Origin: Candidatus Palauibacter sp.
Lineage (GTDB): Bacteria > Gemmatimonadota > Gemmatimonadetes > Palauibacterales > Palauibacteraceae
Direction: 5' to 3'
Assembly (NCBI RefSeq): GCF_965222475.1
Contig: NZ_CBDCUB010000006.1
Span: 129,893-193,892, forward strand
DNA length: 64,000 nucleotides
The position numbers and the translations under genes are program-made. Below the pieces are notes generated by a model, which did no database searches, had not been told where the DNA came from, and was given only the letters and a program-made list of their open reading frames with translations. How positions within the stretch are numbered: the first letter of the stretch is position 1; each line of letters begins with the position of its first letter. This document shows, in pieces, positions 50,982 to 60,903 of the stretch.

Positions 50982-51795
50982 CCGCTCCATCGCGCCGCGT
51001 ACGGCGCGCGGGGTGCTGCTCGCCGCGGCTTGCCTGGTCATGGCGGCGCCCTTCGCGTGGATGGCCCTGACGAGCCTCATGGGACAGCTCGAGGTGTTCT
51101 CTGCCGGGGGCATCCTGCCGCGGTCGCCGCGCTGGTCGAACTACCCGGAGGCGCTGACGGTCCAACCGTTCGGGCGGTATTTCCTGAACTCGCTGGTGTT
51201 CGCGACCGTGGTGGCGGCAGGCCAGGTCGCGACCTCGGCCACGGCCGGGTACGCCTTCGCCCGCCTCGACTTTCCGGGACGGGATGGGCTCTTCATGCTC
51301 TTCCTGTCGACGATGATGGTTCCGGCGGTCGTCGTACTCATCCCCCGCTTCCTCATGATCGAGGCCGTCGGCTGGATCGACACCTACCAGGGGCTCATCT
51401 CCACGGAGCTTGTCTCGGTGTGGGGCATCTTCCTCATGCGACAGTATTTTCGGACGATGCCCCGGGAGCTGGAGGACGCGGCGCGCGTGGACGGCGCCGG
51501 GCACCTCCGCATCTTCTGGAGCGTCGCCCTGCCGCTCGCGAAGCCCGCCGTGGCCACGCTCGCGCTGTTCGCGTTCGTCGATGCGTGGAAGAACCTGCTG
51601 TGGCCGCTCCTCGTCACCCGGTCCATGGAGATGCGGGTGGTCGAGGTGGGGATCGCCGCCTTCCATTCGACCTACGAAATCAACTGGCCCTACCAGATGG
51701 CGGCCGGCGTTACCGCGGTGCTGCCCATCGCACTCCTGTTCCTGTTCACGCAGCAGTATTTCGTGCGCGGGATCCAACTGGAGGGGATCCGGTAG
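50974..51795 (+). CDS. Sugar ABC permease (MalG-like)
   Basis: AGYAFARLDFPGRD, ELEDAARVDGAG, QQYFVRGI. Confidence 0.93.
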   Translation: MADRSIAPRTARGVLLAAACLVMAAPFAWMALTSLMGQLEVFSAGGILPRSPRWSNYPEALTVQPFGRYFLNSLVFATVVAAGQVATSATAGYAFARLDFPGRDGLFMLFLSTMMVPAVVVLIPRFLMIEAVGWIDTYQGLISTELVSVWGIFLMRQYFRTMPRELEDAARVDGAGHLRIFWSVALPLAKPAVATLALFAFVDAWKNLLWPLLVTRSMEMRVVEVGIAAFHSTYEINWPYQMAAGVTAVLPIALLFLFTQQYFVRGIQLEGIR

Positions 51796-51926
51796 CGTGT
51801 CCCACGCCGACAGCCCGCGCGGTTGGAACGACGGCGCATGCAGGGGCGTAGGCTCGCTTCGTATGGTATTGTTCGTGGGACGTGAAGTCGGGTGTCGACA
51901 CAAGCTGCACGGCACGGGAGCGTGCG

Positions 51927-52145
51927 ATGTCCGCAAGCGAGATCATCTTCGAAGTTACGGAGGACGAAGCGGACGGCGGCTACTCCGCCAGCGCGCTGGG
52001 GTACGGCATCCACACCCAGGGCGACTCGGCGGAAGAAATCCGGCGGAACGTCAGAGAGGGCGTTGACTGCTATTTCGATGAGACGATGGCAAAGCCCGGG
52101 ATCATCCGCCTTCACTTCGTGCGCGACGAGATCCTGGTTGCGTGA
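51927..52145 (+). CDS. hicB: HicB-like antitoxin (short form)
   Basis: EIIFEVTEDEADGGYSASA..IHTQGDS.EE.RRNVREGV. Confidence 0.85.
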   Translation: MSASEIIFEVTEDEADGGYSASALGYGIHTQGDSAEEIRRNVREGVDCYFDETMAKPGIIRLHFVRDEILVA

Positions 52146-52255
52146 GACTGCCGCGCGACGTAAGTGCTGCGGCTCTGCAGACAGCGCTACGACGCCTTGG
52201 GTACGAAGTCGTCCGTCAGCGCGGCTCCCACATTCGGATTACCACTCAGGTAGCG
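52142..52255 (+). pseudogene. hicA: HicA toxin, C-terminally truncated
   Basis: MRLPRDVS..L..LRRLGYEVVRQRGSHIRIT, then similarity lost (no IP.H..GTL segment). Confidence 0.75.
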
Positions 52256-52336
52256 CTATTCCGGTCTCGGCATGCGCAGCAGGGCCTCACATGTGGCCCT
52301 TACGTCCCGGGTCCTCGGCGACGTTTTGGTCCGGGA

Positions 52337-52383
52337 TTGACGGGGTACGGGCGTTTGCCGATATTATGTGTGCAATATTGCAC
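52337..52383 (+). promoter_or_regulatory. Xre-RES promoter/operator
   Basis: TTGACG, 17 bp, GATATT and perfect palindrome GTGCAATATTGCAC 52370-52383. Confidence 0.65.
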
Positions 52384-52409
52384 TGGAGAAGGCGTGCACA
52401 GGAGGGTGA

Positions 52410-52841
52410 ATGACCACACAGGCTTTGGCTGAATGCCTTGGCGGACGGCAGGCTCTCGGGCGCGACATCCGGTCCGACCTCGACCTGGACGATGCGATTC
52501 GGTCCGGGCTGCCCGTCAAAGCCGTTGAGAGCGTAGTGAAGACCGGTGCTCTGCGCGCACCCGAACTTCATGCACTGGTCATCCCGCGGCGTACGCTTGC
52601 CCACCGGAAGCGCCGGGGGGGGCGGCTGAGCAGCGAGCAGTCGGACCGCCTCGCCCGGGTGGTCCGCGTCGTGACCTCGGCCGAAGAAGCTATCGGCGAC
52701 GGCACCAGGGCAGCGCGCTGGCTCCGCAAGCCCAACCGTGCCCTCCGGGGACGACGGCCGCTGGATCTTCTGGCCAGCGATGTCGGCGCCCGCCTTGTGG
52801 AGCAGGAGCTGGGGCGCATCGAGCATGGGCTGGGCGCGTAG
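52410..52841 (+). CDS. Xre/MbcA/ParS antitoxin
   Basis: IRSGLP, IPRRTLAHRK, SDRLARV, WLRKPNRALRGRRPLDLL. Confidence 0.92.
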   Translation: MTTQALAECLGGRQALGRDIRSDLDLDDAIRSGLPVKAVESVVKTGALRAPELHALVIPRRTLAHRKRRGGRLSSEQSDRLARVVRVVTSAEEAIGDGTRAARWLRKPNRALRGRRPLDLLASDVGARLVEQELGRIEHGLGA

Positions 52842-52877
52842 CGCAAAGGCCACACCCCCTGAAACGCTGAATCGCGC

Positions 52878-53333
52878 TTGGAACTCTGGCGGATCGCCCG
52901 CGAAGCTCACGCGGCACTCGATGGCGAGGGAGCCCGCCTCTACGGGACACGGTGGACTCCTCGCGGAACGCCCGCGGTCTACGCGGCCTCCCACCTCTCG
53001 CTGGCAGCCCTGGAATACCTGGTCCACATCGACGCGGAGGACGCACCGGACGATCTGGTCGCTCTGAAAATAAGCGTTCCGGACGATGCGACCGAACTGG
53101 CCTACGCGCCTTCGTCTCTGCCCGCCGATTGGCGGCAGACTCCGCCACCGCCCCAATGCCAGGCGATCGGCAGCGAATGGGCCAAGAGGGGGGAAGCGCT
53201 GCTGCTAAGGGTGCCATCCGTGCTCGTTCCCGAAGAGAGCAACGTGCTCGTGAATCCGATGCATCGGGACGCGGTCGGGGTCAGGCTTATCGGGTCGCGT
53301 CACTTCTCCTACGATCTCCGTCTGTTCACGTAG
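52878..53333 (+). CDS. RES-domain toxin (NAD+ phosphorylase family)
   Basis: DGEGARLYGTRW, SLAALEYLVH, VPSVLVPEESNVLVNP. Confidence 0.92.
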   Translation: MELWRIAREAHAALDGEGARLYGTRWTPRGTPAVYAASHLSLAALEYLVHIDAEDAPDDLVALKISVPDDATELAYAPSSLPADWRQTPPPPQCQAIGSEWAKRGEALLLRVPSVLVPEESNVLVNPMHRDAVGVRLIGSRHFSYDLRLFT

Positions 53334-53489
53334 ACCGATCCCTTCGGTACGACCCAACTCCAGCGCCCGTCCTGTGACCGCCGACCGGGGCGTTCAACCA
53401 GAGTGCTCTTGTCCATGGCCCGGTGGGTACACGGGGAGCGACTCGTGGAGCTCGTGGCTGTAACTACAATATATATGTATAATCGATCG

Positions 53490-53566
53490 ATGGAATTCGT
53501 CTGATCTCTTCCCGCCCGGCATCGCGCACGGAAAGGAGAGTCTACCATGAGCGGACGCTACGATAA
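53490..53566 (+). pseudogene. brnT: BrnT toxin remnant (internal deletion)
   Basis: ATG GAA TTC GTC TG (MEFV/W) fused out of frame to IRLISSRPASRTERRVY; TATAAT 53478-53483 and TGTA-AC-TACA palindrome upstream. Confidence 0.8.
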
Positions 53567-53837
53567 GCCCCTCACGCCCGAGCAGATCGCGGCGGTGAAG
53601 GACGAGAGCATCGACTTCAGCGACATACCGGAACTGGACGAAGGATTCTGGGAGCGGGCGGAGCTCGTCGAGCCCGATCGCACCGACCAGATCACCATGC
53701 GCGTCAAACGCTCCGTGCTGGCCTATTTCAAGGCTCCGGGAAAGGGCTACCAGACGCGAATGAACCGCGTACTCGAGAGCTACGTGCGGCACAGGACGGG
53801 GAACCCCGACGACACCGGGGAGGGCGCGAACCGCTGA
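53547..53837 (+). CDS. brnA: BrnA antitoxin
   Basis: IDFSDIPELDEGFW, ITMRV...LAYFKAPGKGYQTRMNRVL. Confidence 0.92.
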   Translation: MSGRYDKPLTPEQIAAVKDESIDFSDIPELDEGFWERAELVEPDRTDQITMRVKRSVLAYFKAPGKGYQTRMNRVLESYVRHRTGNPDDTGEGANR

Positions 53838-54006
53838 CCAGGGCTCCACGTCTCGGCCCTTCACCTCGATGAACCCGACGCGGCCGGTCTCGGGCGCCGG
53901 TGCTGGCCGCCGGCCGGGCCAACGCGACCGAAGGTTTCCGGCTCTACCCCTCCGATCCGCCTGAGCACTGTTCTTCGAATCTCTCGTCCGGTGTAGACTG
54001 GCTGGC

Positions 54007-56638
54007 ATGGAATCGTCCGAATCCGGGATTGACCGTTCGAAGACCGAGGCGCGCCTGCGCCGCGTAGCGTCGGCCAGCGCGGGGGCCGGGTGCACGCGGC
54101 GGATCGCGGCGGGGCTGACCGGCGTGGCCCTGACCCTGTCCTGCGGGGGCGAGACGGCCGCGCCGACTCCGGGGCCGCCTCCTCCACCGCCCCCTCCGCC
54201 TCCACAGCCCACGACGCTGTCGATCGCGCCCGACAGCGTGCGGCTCACGGCCCTGGACGCTACGGCCCAGCTCTCGGCGGACCTCCGCGACCAGAACGGG
54301 CGCCCGATGACCGGGGTCTCCATCGACTGGGCGGCCAGCGATACGCTCGTCGCGACCGTGACCGGCTCCGGGCTCGTCCGCTCAACCGGGCCGGGCGCGG
54401 CCACGATCACCGCGACCGCGGGAGGGCTCTCGGCAACCGCCTCCGTCACCGTCGAGCAGGTCGTCGCCGAGGTGGTCGTCACGCCTCCGGCGCCCACGGT
54501 CTTCGAGGGCGACACCCTCCGGCTCGCCGCGGAAGCGCGGGATGCCAACGATTACCACGTGCCCGACGTCGTCTTCGTCTGGACCTCGGACTACGAAGCC
54601 GTGGCCACAGTGGACTCGGCAGGTCTCGCGCAAGCCGTGGCCCAAGGCACCGCGACGATCACGGCGCGGACGGGCGAAGTCTCCGGGACGGCGGCAGTCA
54701 CCGTCACGCGCCGCTCCATACCGCCCAACCCCGACGTGGATGTCGGCACGTCTCACTCCCTGCAGAGCCCCGGGATGCGGCTCTCGCACCCGGAGATCCG
54801 ATTCGGCCGGGGGGGGGGTTCTACTTTGCCAGGGCGTACGGTGATTTCGATGATGATGGAGATACCGACATCTTCTATTCGCCGGGCGACGGATCTCGAA
54901 ACCCCCTACCCCCGGAACTTTTCACGAACGATGGATCACATCATTGGCTTCCATCACGGCGGGGCGTCGGCGGACATCGACGCCGATGGCGACCTGGATG
55001 TATTCGTAACGGAGAATTTCCGGGGCCCGTTCTTCCTTATGAACGACGGCACGGGCTTCTTCCGGCAGGACAGAACGCGCATCGAAGGGATCGGAGCAGT
55101 GGGGATCTATACGGCCGAACTGGTTGATGTGGATGGCGATCAATACGTGGATCTGCTCGTGGGCGGGATGAGTACCAGGACATGCGGACGCAGATGCTGT
55201 GGGGTGACGCCAGCGGGGTGTTCAGCACGTCCGGGGCGACGCTTATCCCGGAAGTGCCCGGTTACGGCATCATCACCGACCTGGACGCCAGCGACCTGGA
55301 CGGAGACGGTGCGCGAGACCTGGTCATCAACCGAACGGGCGATCCATCCGGGCCGGGCTGGTATCGTGGATACCACCTGCAACTCATGCGTCAGGCCGGG
55401 AGGCGCGCGTTCGTTGACATCACGTCCGAACGTCTTCGCCAGCATGAGGATCCGCAGGCCGGGTCGGCGAACTGGATACGGATATGGGATGTCGATGACG
55501 ATGGCGATCCGGATATCGTGGCGGACGACGAGACCCACACACACCTGTTCTGGACCAACGACGGGACCGGCGGCTTCGGACGGGGAGGCCTCATTCCCAG
55601 AACTTTGCCGCGGACGAAGGGAGTTCGCACTCAGTGCAGAACCCACCGTTTCCGATCGACCATCCTCGCGTGAGATCCGGCCGGCCGGGCTATGTGACGG
55701 CGATGGCCTACGGCGACTTCAGCGGGGACGGGCACGCGGACGTGTTCTACGCGCCCCAGGACGAGTCGTCCGGCTCGCTCGCAGCGGAACTGTACACCGG
55801 GAACGGAAGCGGGGAGTTCGTCAGGGACGCGGGATTCGCGGGCGGGAGTCCCCCGGGGCGAAGGAACGCCCGAAAGGCTCTTCCCGGAGACTACAACGGC
55901 GACGGCCGGATCGACGTGCTGGTACTGGGTCCCGGGGACGCGCCGTACACGCTGCTGTCAACGGGCAGCGGACACGTCCGCGGCGGCGGCCTGGACCGCT
56001 ATGTGGGCGAAGGCCAGTACACCGGGGCGGCGGCGGACCTGGACGCGGACGGGGACCTGGACGTGTTCCTCTCCGATCCGCCGGTGCTCCTGCTTAACGA
56101 TGGCGAGGGCCGCTTCAGTCAGTCTCTCCGTCCCGTCAGGCTGGGCGGGTTCGTACTCGCTTCCGAGCTGGTGGATGTCGACGTTGACGGATATTTGGAT
56201 CTCCTGGTCGGAGGTCACGAGCAGGACGGTGATCGAACGCAGATTCTCTGGGGAGACAGCACCGGGGTGTTCGATGCGGCAAACGGGACGCTGCTCCCGG
56301 CCGTGGAGAGCTACGGAGTGGTCCTCGACATCGACGTCGCCGACACTGACGGCGACGGCGACAAGGACCTGGTCATTACCCGCACGGGTGACGGGACGAG
56401 TCGCGGTTTCCATGAAGGGTACTACGTCCAACTGGTCGAGCAGGCGGGCGATCGTCACTTCACGGATGCGACGACGGAGTCCCTCGCGGGAAACGAGGAC
56501 GCCGGTGCTGAGGGAATCAGCTGGATTCGTATCTACGACGCCGATGATGATGGCGACCTGGATATCGTGGCGGACGACTACTGGGCGTGGAACCTGATCT
56601 GGAGGAACGACGGCGCCGGCAGGTTCCAGCGCAACTGA
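54007..56638 (+). pseudogene. BIG2 Ig-like plus FG-GAP repeat lipoprotein with several frameshifts
   Basis: LSC lipobox, poly-Pro, two BIG2 units; frame changes near 54815 (G10 run), 54935, 55170 and 55630; duplicated DxDxDGD propeller module. Confidence 0.8.
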
Positions 56639-56725
56639 GCGGCTGGCGGCTCGACCCGCGCTCGTCCCGCCAATCACCAGTTGGCGGGTTCGGAGCCCGG
56701 CGTAAGCCTCGGAGGAGGGTATCTC

Positions 56726-56885
56726 ATGACACCTGCGGAGATCATCTTCCGGGTGACGGAGCCGCCGGTTGAAGCCCTCGCCCGATCGCTCCATCGTTCA
56801 CTTCGGTTACCGCCTCACCCGGCAAAGCGGCAGCCACATGCCGCTCACCGCCACGAATCGGCCGCGGTGACCGGGACGTTACGCC
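56726..56885 (+). pseudogene. Highly degenerate second hicBA remnant
   Basis: GGAGGAG RBS, MTPAEIIFRVTE (cf. HicB MSASEIIFEVTE), GSHMPLT 56829-56849, TGTL 56870-56881. Confidence 0.55.
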
Positions 56886-56938
56886 GTCCGCGACAGCACG
56901 CCGATCAAGGATCTTCGGCGTCGCAAAACCAAACAGTC

Positions 56939-58810
56939 TCAGCTTCGGGACGCGACCCCCATTTCGGCCGGGAACTGCGAGGGATCCTTCGGGTATCCGT
57001 AGTAGCTTCGGGAGCGGGTCAACGTCAGCGTGTCGCGGGTCCGCGTAACGGCTACGAAACAACTCCTCCGTTCCTCTTCGACCTGCCTGCTGTCCGCCCC
57101 CTTGCGGAGGGCGTAGATCGATGGAAACACCTCCTGCGCCATGCCGATCAGGTAGACGTGCTTGAATTCAAGGCCCTTCGCCTGGTGGACGGTCATGCAG
57201 CGCAGCGCGTCGGGCGCCGGTGGAGGCGTCTTGGACGCGAGATCGAGCTGCTGCAGATAGCTGTTCAACGTGACCCCATCGCCGTATTCGGCAACGATTT
57301 CCCCGTGCAGGCCCTTCCAGGTCGCGATTTCCTCGCTGGTCGATTCCTCGCGATCGTCGCGGTCCCACGATTCCCATCCGCCCTCGAGGAACCAATCGAC
57401 CACTGCGGGGAAACGGAGCGCGTCGACGAGGTCGGTCCGGATCCGCTGCAGTGCGCGCTCCCACCCTCCGGCCACCGCCTCGGCGGACTGAACCCACGCG
57501 CGCAGGAAGTTGCCGCCAAACAGTGCCGCCGCGGCTTCGACCGACTGCGGATCGACGACCACGCCCGTCAGCCCCTCCCACGCGAGGCAAAGCCTCCGCA
57601 ACACGACGCGATCATGCGGAGAATTCGCCGACCGCAGAGCCTCCACCAGAACGTTCGCGGCGGGCGAGTCGAACTCGCTCTTTCTGACCGGCACGTACGC
57701 GTCATATCCGGCGGACAGCAGCCCATCGGCCGCATTTCGGACGAGGCGCGTCGTGCGTCCGAGGACAACGCAATCGGACGACGGCAGCCCGCGTTCACGA
57801 ATGTTCCGTCCCACGAATTCCGCCTCTTTCCGTGGAGACGGGAACACGTCGTACCTGACCTCTCCGGCGTAGGCCTGCTGCGGATCGTGGACCGCGAGGA
57901 TGCTCTTCTCCGCAATTCTCCGGGTATTGTGGCCGATCAGGCGGTTCGCCAGCGCGACGATCGCGGGCGGACAGCGGTAACTCTCCGGGAGTTGAATCGT
58001 CCGCAGATCATAGTCCCGGCGCAGGTCCAGTAAGCGCTCGGGGCTCGCCCCGTTCCACTGGTAGATGATCTGGTCGTCGTCGGCGACGACGAAGAGGCTG
58101 TGGCTCCGGGTCGGAGCGATAAGCCGGAGGAGTTCATATTGGGCTCTGTTTGTGTCCTGGAACTCGTCCACGCAGACGTGAGTCCAGCCCAGCCGCACGA
58201 CTCGGGCCACGGCGGGCTTCTCTCTCAGCAGCCGTCCCGCAAAACACAGGAGGCTTCCGAAGTCGAGCCGGTTGGCGTCGATGAGAGCATCACAGTAGCG
58301 CCGGTAGAGCGTCGGCAACCAGGCGGGAGTGGCAGCAAGGGAAGAGGATTCACCTTCGCCGGCGTAAGACTCCGAGAACAGTCGGTCGATAACGTGAAGC
58401 AGGCCCTTTCGGTCTGCCGGCAGATCTTCGTCCAGCCCGTCGATGACATCTTCGAGGATTGCCATCCGGTCCTCGTCCCTCACCAGATGGCGGAAGTCCG
58501 ATCGGATTCCGAGGTGACTCCCGTGCTGCGCAAGGACATCGGTGGCGAAGGAGTGGAACGTGCACAGCTGGGCGCGGTCCGCGCGTTCCTCCAACAGGTC
58601 GTGCACGCGCTCACGCATCTCCGTGGCGGCCTTGTTGGTGAAGGTCAGCGCGAGAACCGACGCGCTCTCGTTCTCCTCCAGCAGTCGCGCCACCCGCAGC
58701 GTCAGGACTCCTGTCTTGCCGGAACCGGGGCCCGCAAGCACCAGCAGAGGCCCCTGGTCCCAGCCGACGGCCCGGCGCTGGTTCTCGTTGAGGTTGTCAA
58801 AGGTGATCAC
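56939..58810 (-). CDS. UvrD/PcrA-like helicase (GajB-like)
   Basis: LAGPGSGKT, LTFTNKAA, VDEFQDTN, DDDQIIY, TVHQAKGLEF, FVAVTR; GTGA overlap with OLD gene. Confidence 0.92.
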   Translation of the reverse strand: MITFDNLNENQRRAVGWDQGPLLVLAGPGSGKTGVLTLRVARLLEENESASVLALTFTNKAATEMRERVHDLLEERADRAQLCTFHSFATDVLAQHGSHLGIRSDFRHLVRDEDRMAILEDVIDGLDEDLPADRKGLLHVIDRLFSESYAGEGESSSLAATPAWLPTLYRRYCDALIDANRLDFGSLLCFAGRLLREKPAVARVVRLGWTHVCVDEFQDTNRAQYELLRLIAPTRSHSLFVVADDDQIIYQWNGASPERLLDLRRDYDLRTIQLPESYRCPPAIVALANRLIGHNTRRIAEKSILAVHDPQQAYAGEVRYDVFPSPRKEAEFVGRNIRERGLPSSDCVVLGRTTRLVRNAADGLLSAGYDAYVPVRKSEFDSPAANVLVEALRSANSPHDRVVLRRLCLAWEGLTGVVVDPQSVEAAAALFGGNFLRAWVQSAEAVAGGWERALQRIRTDLVDALRFPAVVDWFLEGGWESWDRDDREESTSEEIATWKGLHGEIVAEYGDGVTLNSYLQQLDLASKTPPPAPDALRCMTVHQAKGLEFKHVYLIGMAQEVFPSIYALRKGADSRQVEEERRSCFVAVTRTRDTLTLTRSRSYYGYPKDPSQFPAEMGVASRS

Positions 58811-60376
58811 GGTCCACCGCCCGGCGCGAGCGAAACGACCTTCTCCAACACCTCGCGAATCTCCAGGCTGACCCCGGCCCCGCCGCGACCTTCCATCTCG
58901 ATGGCGACTGCAGCTGCCGCTCTTGTCTTGGCGCGCCCTGGAAGACGGTCGGCGTATTCTCGCCAATACCCACGCTCGCCGCGCGTCGTCGAGATCTTCT
59001 TCAGATTCTGCTCAGGCATGTGTCTGCCGTACACCTCTTCATAGCCGTTGCGCAGCAGGTTTACCTCGATGTCCGGGTACGGAAACGCGAACCGGTCCGC
59101 CTCGCTCGCTCCCGCGAGATGCTGCCTCAGCTTCGGTTCCTCCGTGCTTCGATTCGCGTCGTCATCTCCGACACAGTACCACAAGATACCGAGCGCGTTG
59201 GCGACCTTGGCGAGCATGCCGACATCGGACTGCCTGAATTCAACCAGCCGAATGCCCTCGGCGTGGAGGTTCAGATCGAGAGCGCGGGCCGCGGCGGGGT
59301 AGATCCAGGTCTCCGTCTCTCCCTCCACCAGCAACCAACATCGTGCGAACAGCAGGGCACCGCGGGCGCGACGTATCTGATAGTTGAACTTCCGCGTCTC
59401 TTCCGGTGAGAGCAGACTTGAAGCGACCCGAAACGCCTTGATCCCCTCCGGGGTTCGAGCGAGCCGGCGGATATCGTGGACATCGACGTCGGCGAGGAGA
59501 TCGCCGCTGTGCGTGGAGATGAGCTTCTGTCCGCTGAAGCCGCCGACCAAGGCCCACAGCGCTCGTATCGCTGACGGGTGCAAATGCGCTTCCGGCTCCT
59601 CCAGGGCGAGGACGGCGGCACCCTCCGTCTGTACTTCGAGGAAGGCCGAGAACAGCATCAGGACGGCCAGGCTCTGGGTCCCCTCCCCGTGCCGGACCAG
59701 CGGGATCTTGGCGCCGGTCGTCGTCCCGAGCTGGATCTGCGCTCGCGCGAGCATGTCGAACATTCGGCCTGGAACCGCCTCGATCGAGACCGCCTCGCCC
59801 GAAGCCAGCGGGACAACAGACTGCACACGCCGGAGTCCGGTTCGCACTTGCTCGAAGCTTGCGTGCGACGAAACGACGAGGTCGTTCACTTCCTGCAACC
59901 TGTCCTCGATCTCGGCCTTTCTGTCCGGGGAAAGTTGAGAGTCGTTCAGGAAGGGTCTCCAGAACCGCCCCCTCGCGCTGAAGTGGCTGGCGGCGTCCCG
60001 GAGTGCGGTCAAGTAGTAGAAGCGAATTACGTCCTGCAGCGTGGGGAGCGCACGAGGCGGTACGCGGCTTAGCCTCTCTCGGTCGAGATCCAGGAATGAC
60101 CAGTCCTGGATGAATTCTCTCGTTGTCGTATCGAACCTGCACTCCACGCGCAGGCGAACGTGGTTTCGGCCCTCGTCATCTACCTGAAGAACTCTCGCGC
60201 GGTTAAGCCGAGCGACCAACTCGTCGTCCCATTCTTCATCGGGTCCGTCCGAGAAGGTGACCTCTATCTTGATCGGGTCGGCTGTCGAGGGCAATGAGAA
60301 CGGTGACCCTGCCCAAGTCGAGGTCGAGGCTCCTGATGCCCCGGAAATTCTCGATTCGAAGCACGGTGATTCTCAT
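58807..60376 (-). pseudogene. OLD-family ABC ATPase-TOPRIM nuclease (GajA-like) with Walker A deleted
   Basis: MRITVLRIENFRGIRSL...VTVLI, then frameshift near 60292; downstream GEGTQS, LEEPEAHLHP, STHS, LLVEGETE, DDD. Confidence 0.87.
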
Positions 60377-60903
60377 GCGACTCCTATGCCAGCGGCGGAC
60401 GATGTGGGGAAGTTCAAGCGTCAGAACCTAATATAAGCGCCTCGATCAACGGGTAGGGCCCGAAGTTCTCAACACCGGCTTGCCACGGGCGGCATCACCC
60501 GCCCTTCGCCGGAACCTCCAGTGGCCGTAGACTGGCGGCCACGAAGGCTGTCGAGCTTTCGAATCGTGGACGGCCGGCTTCCGCACGGGCGACCAGTACG
60601 TGCGGGACGCGAAGGGCTGGGTCCAGGCGGAGCGGTGCGGCCTCGAGATCGACATCGGTGACTTGTGCAATTGAATGGCACGGCTGGAGGGGTTCGAAGG
60701 CGTCGTGCGGCGGGAGGGGGCAGCGTGAGCGGGATGAAGCGGGACCACTTGCATGCACGCGACGACGAAAGGCTCGGGAGCGTGGTATTGCTGCCCCGTT
60801 CTGCCGGCCGCAAGGTAGTGTGATCCATTCTGCACCTCCGAGAACCTCTCCCAGAACCTAGTGCTTTCCCGGTCGTGAAGAGGGACGTAATGAGGGGATC
60901 AGC

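Noticed and set aside
54172-54210. CCN repeat tract
   Set aside because: Ordinary poly-proline linker after a lipobox
56681-58033. 450-aa plus-strand ORF
   Set aside because: Mostly antisense to the UvrD gene; only its first codons resemble a hicB remnant
60446-60860. Possible gene remnant and CAGAACCTA direct repeat (60422, 60852) as an att site or target duplication
   Set aside because: No recognisable protein; the 9-mer has no match at the left island edge and there is no integrase
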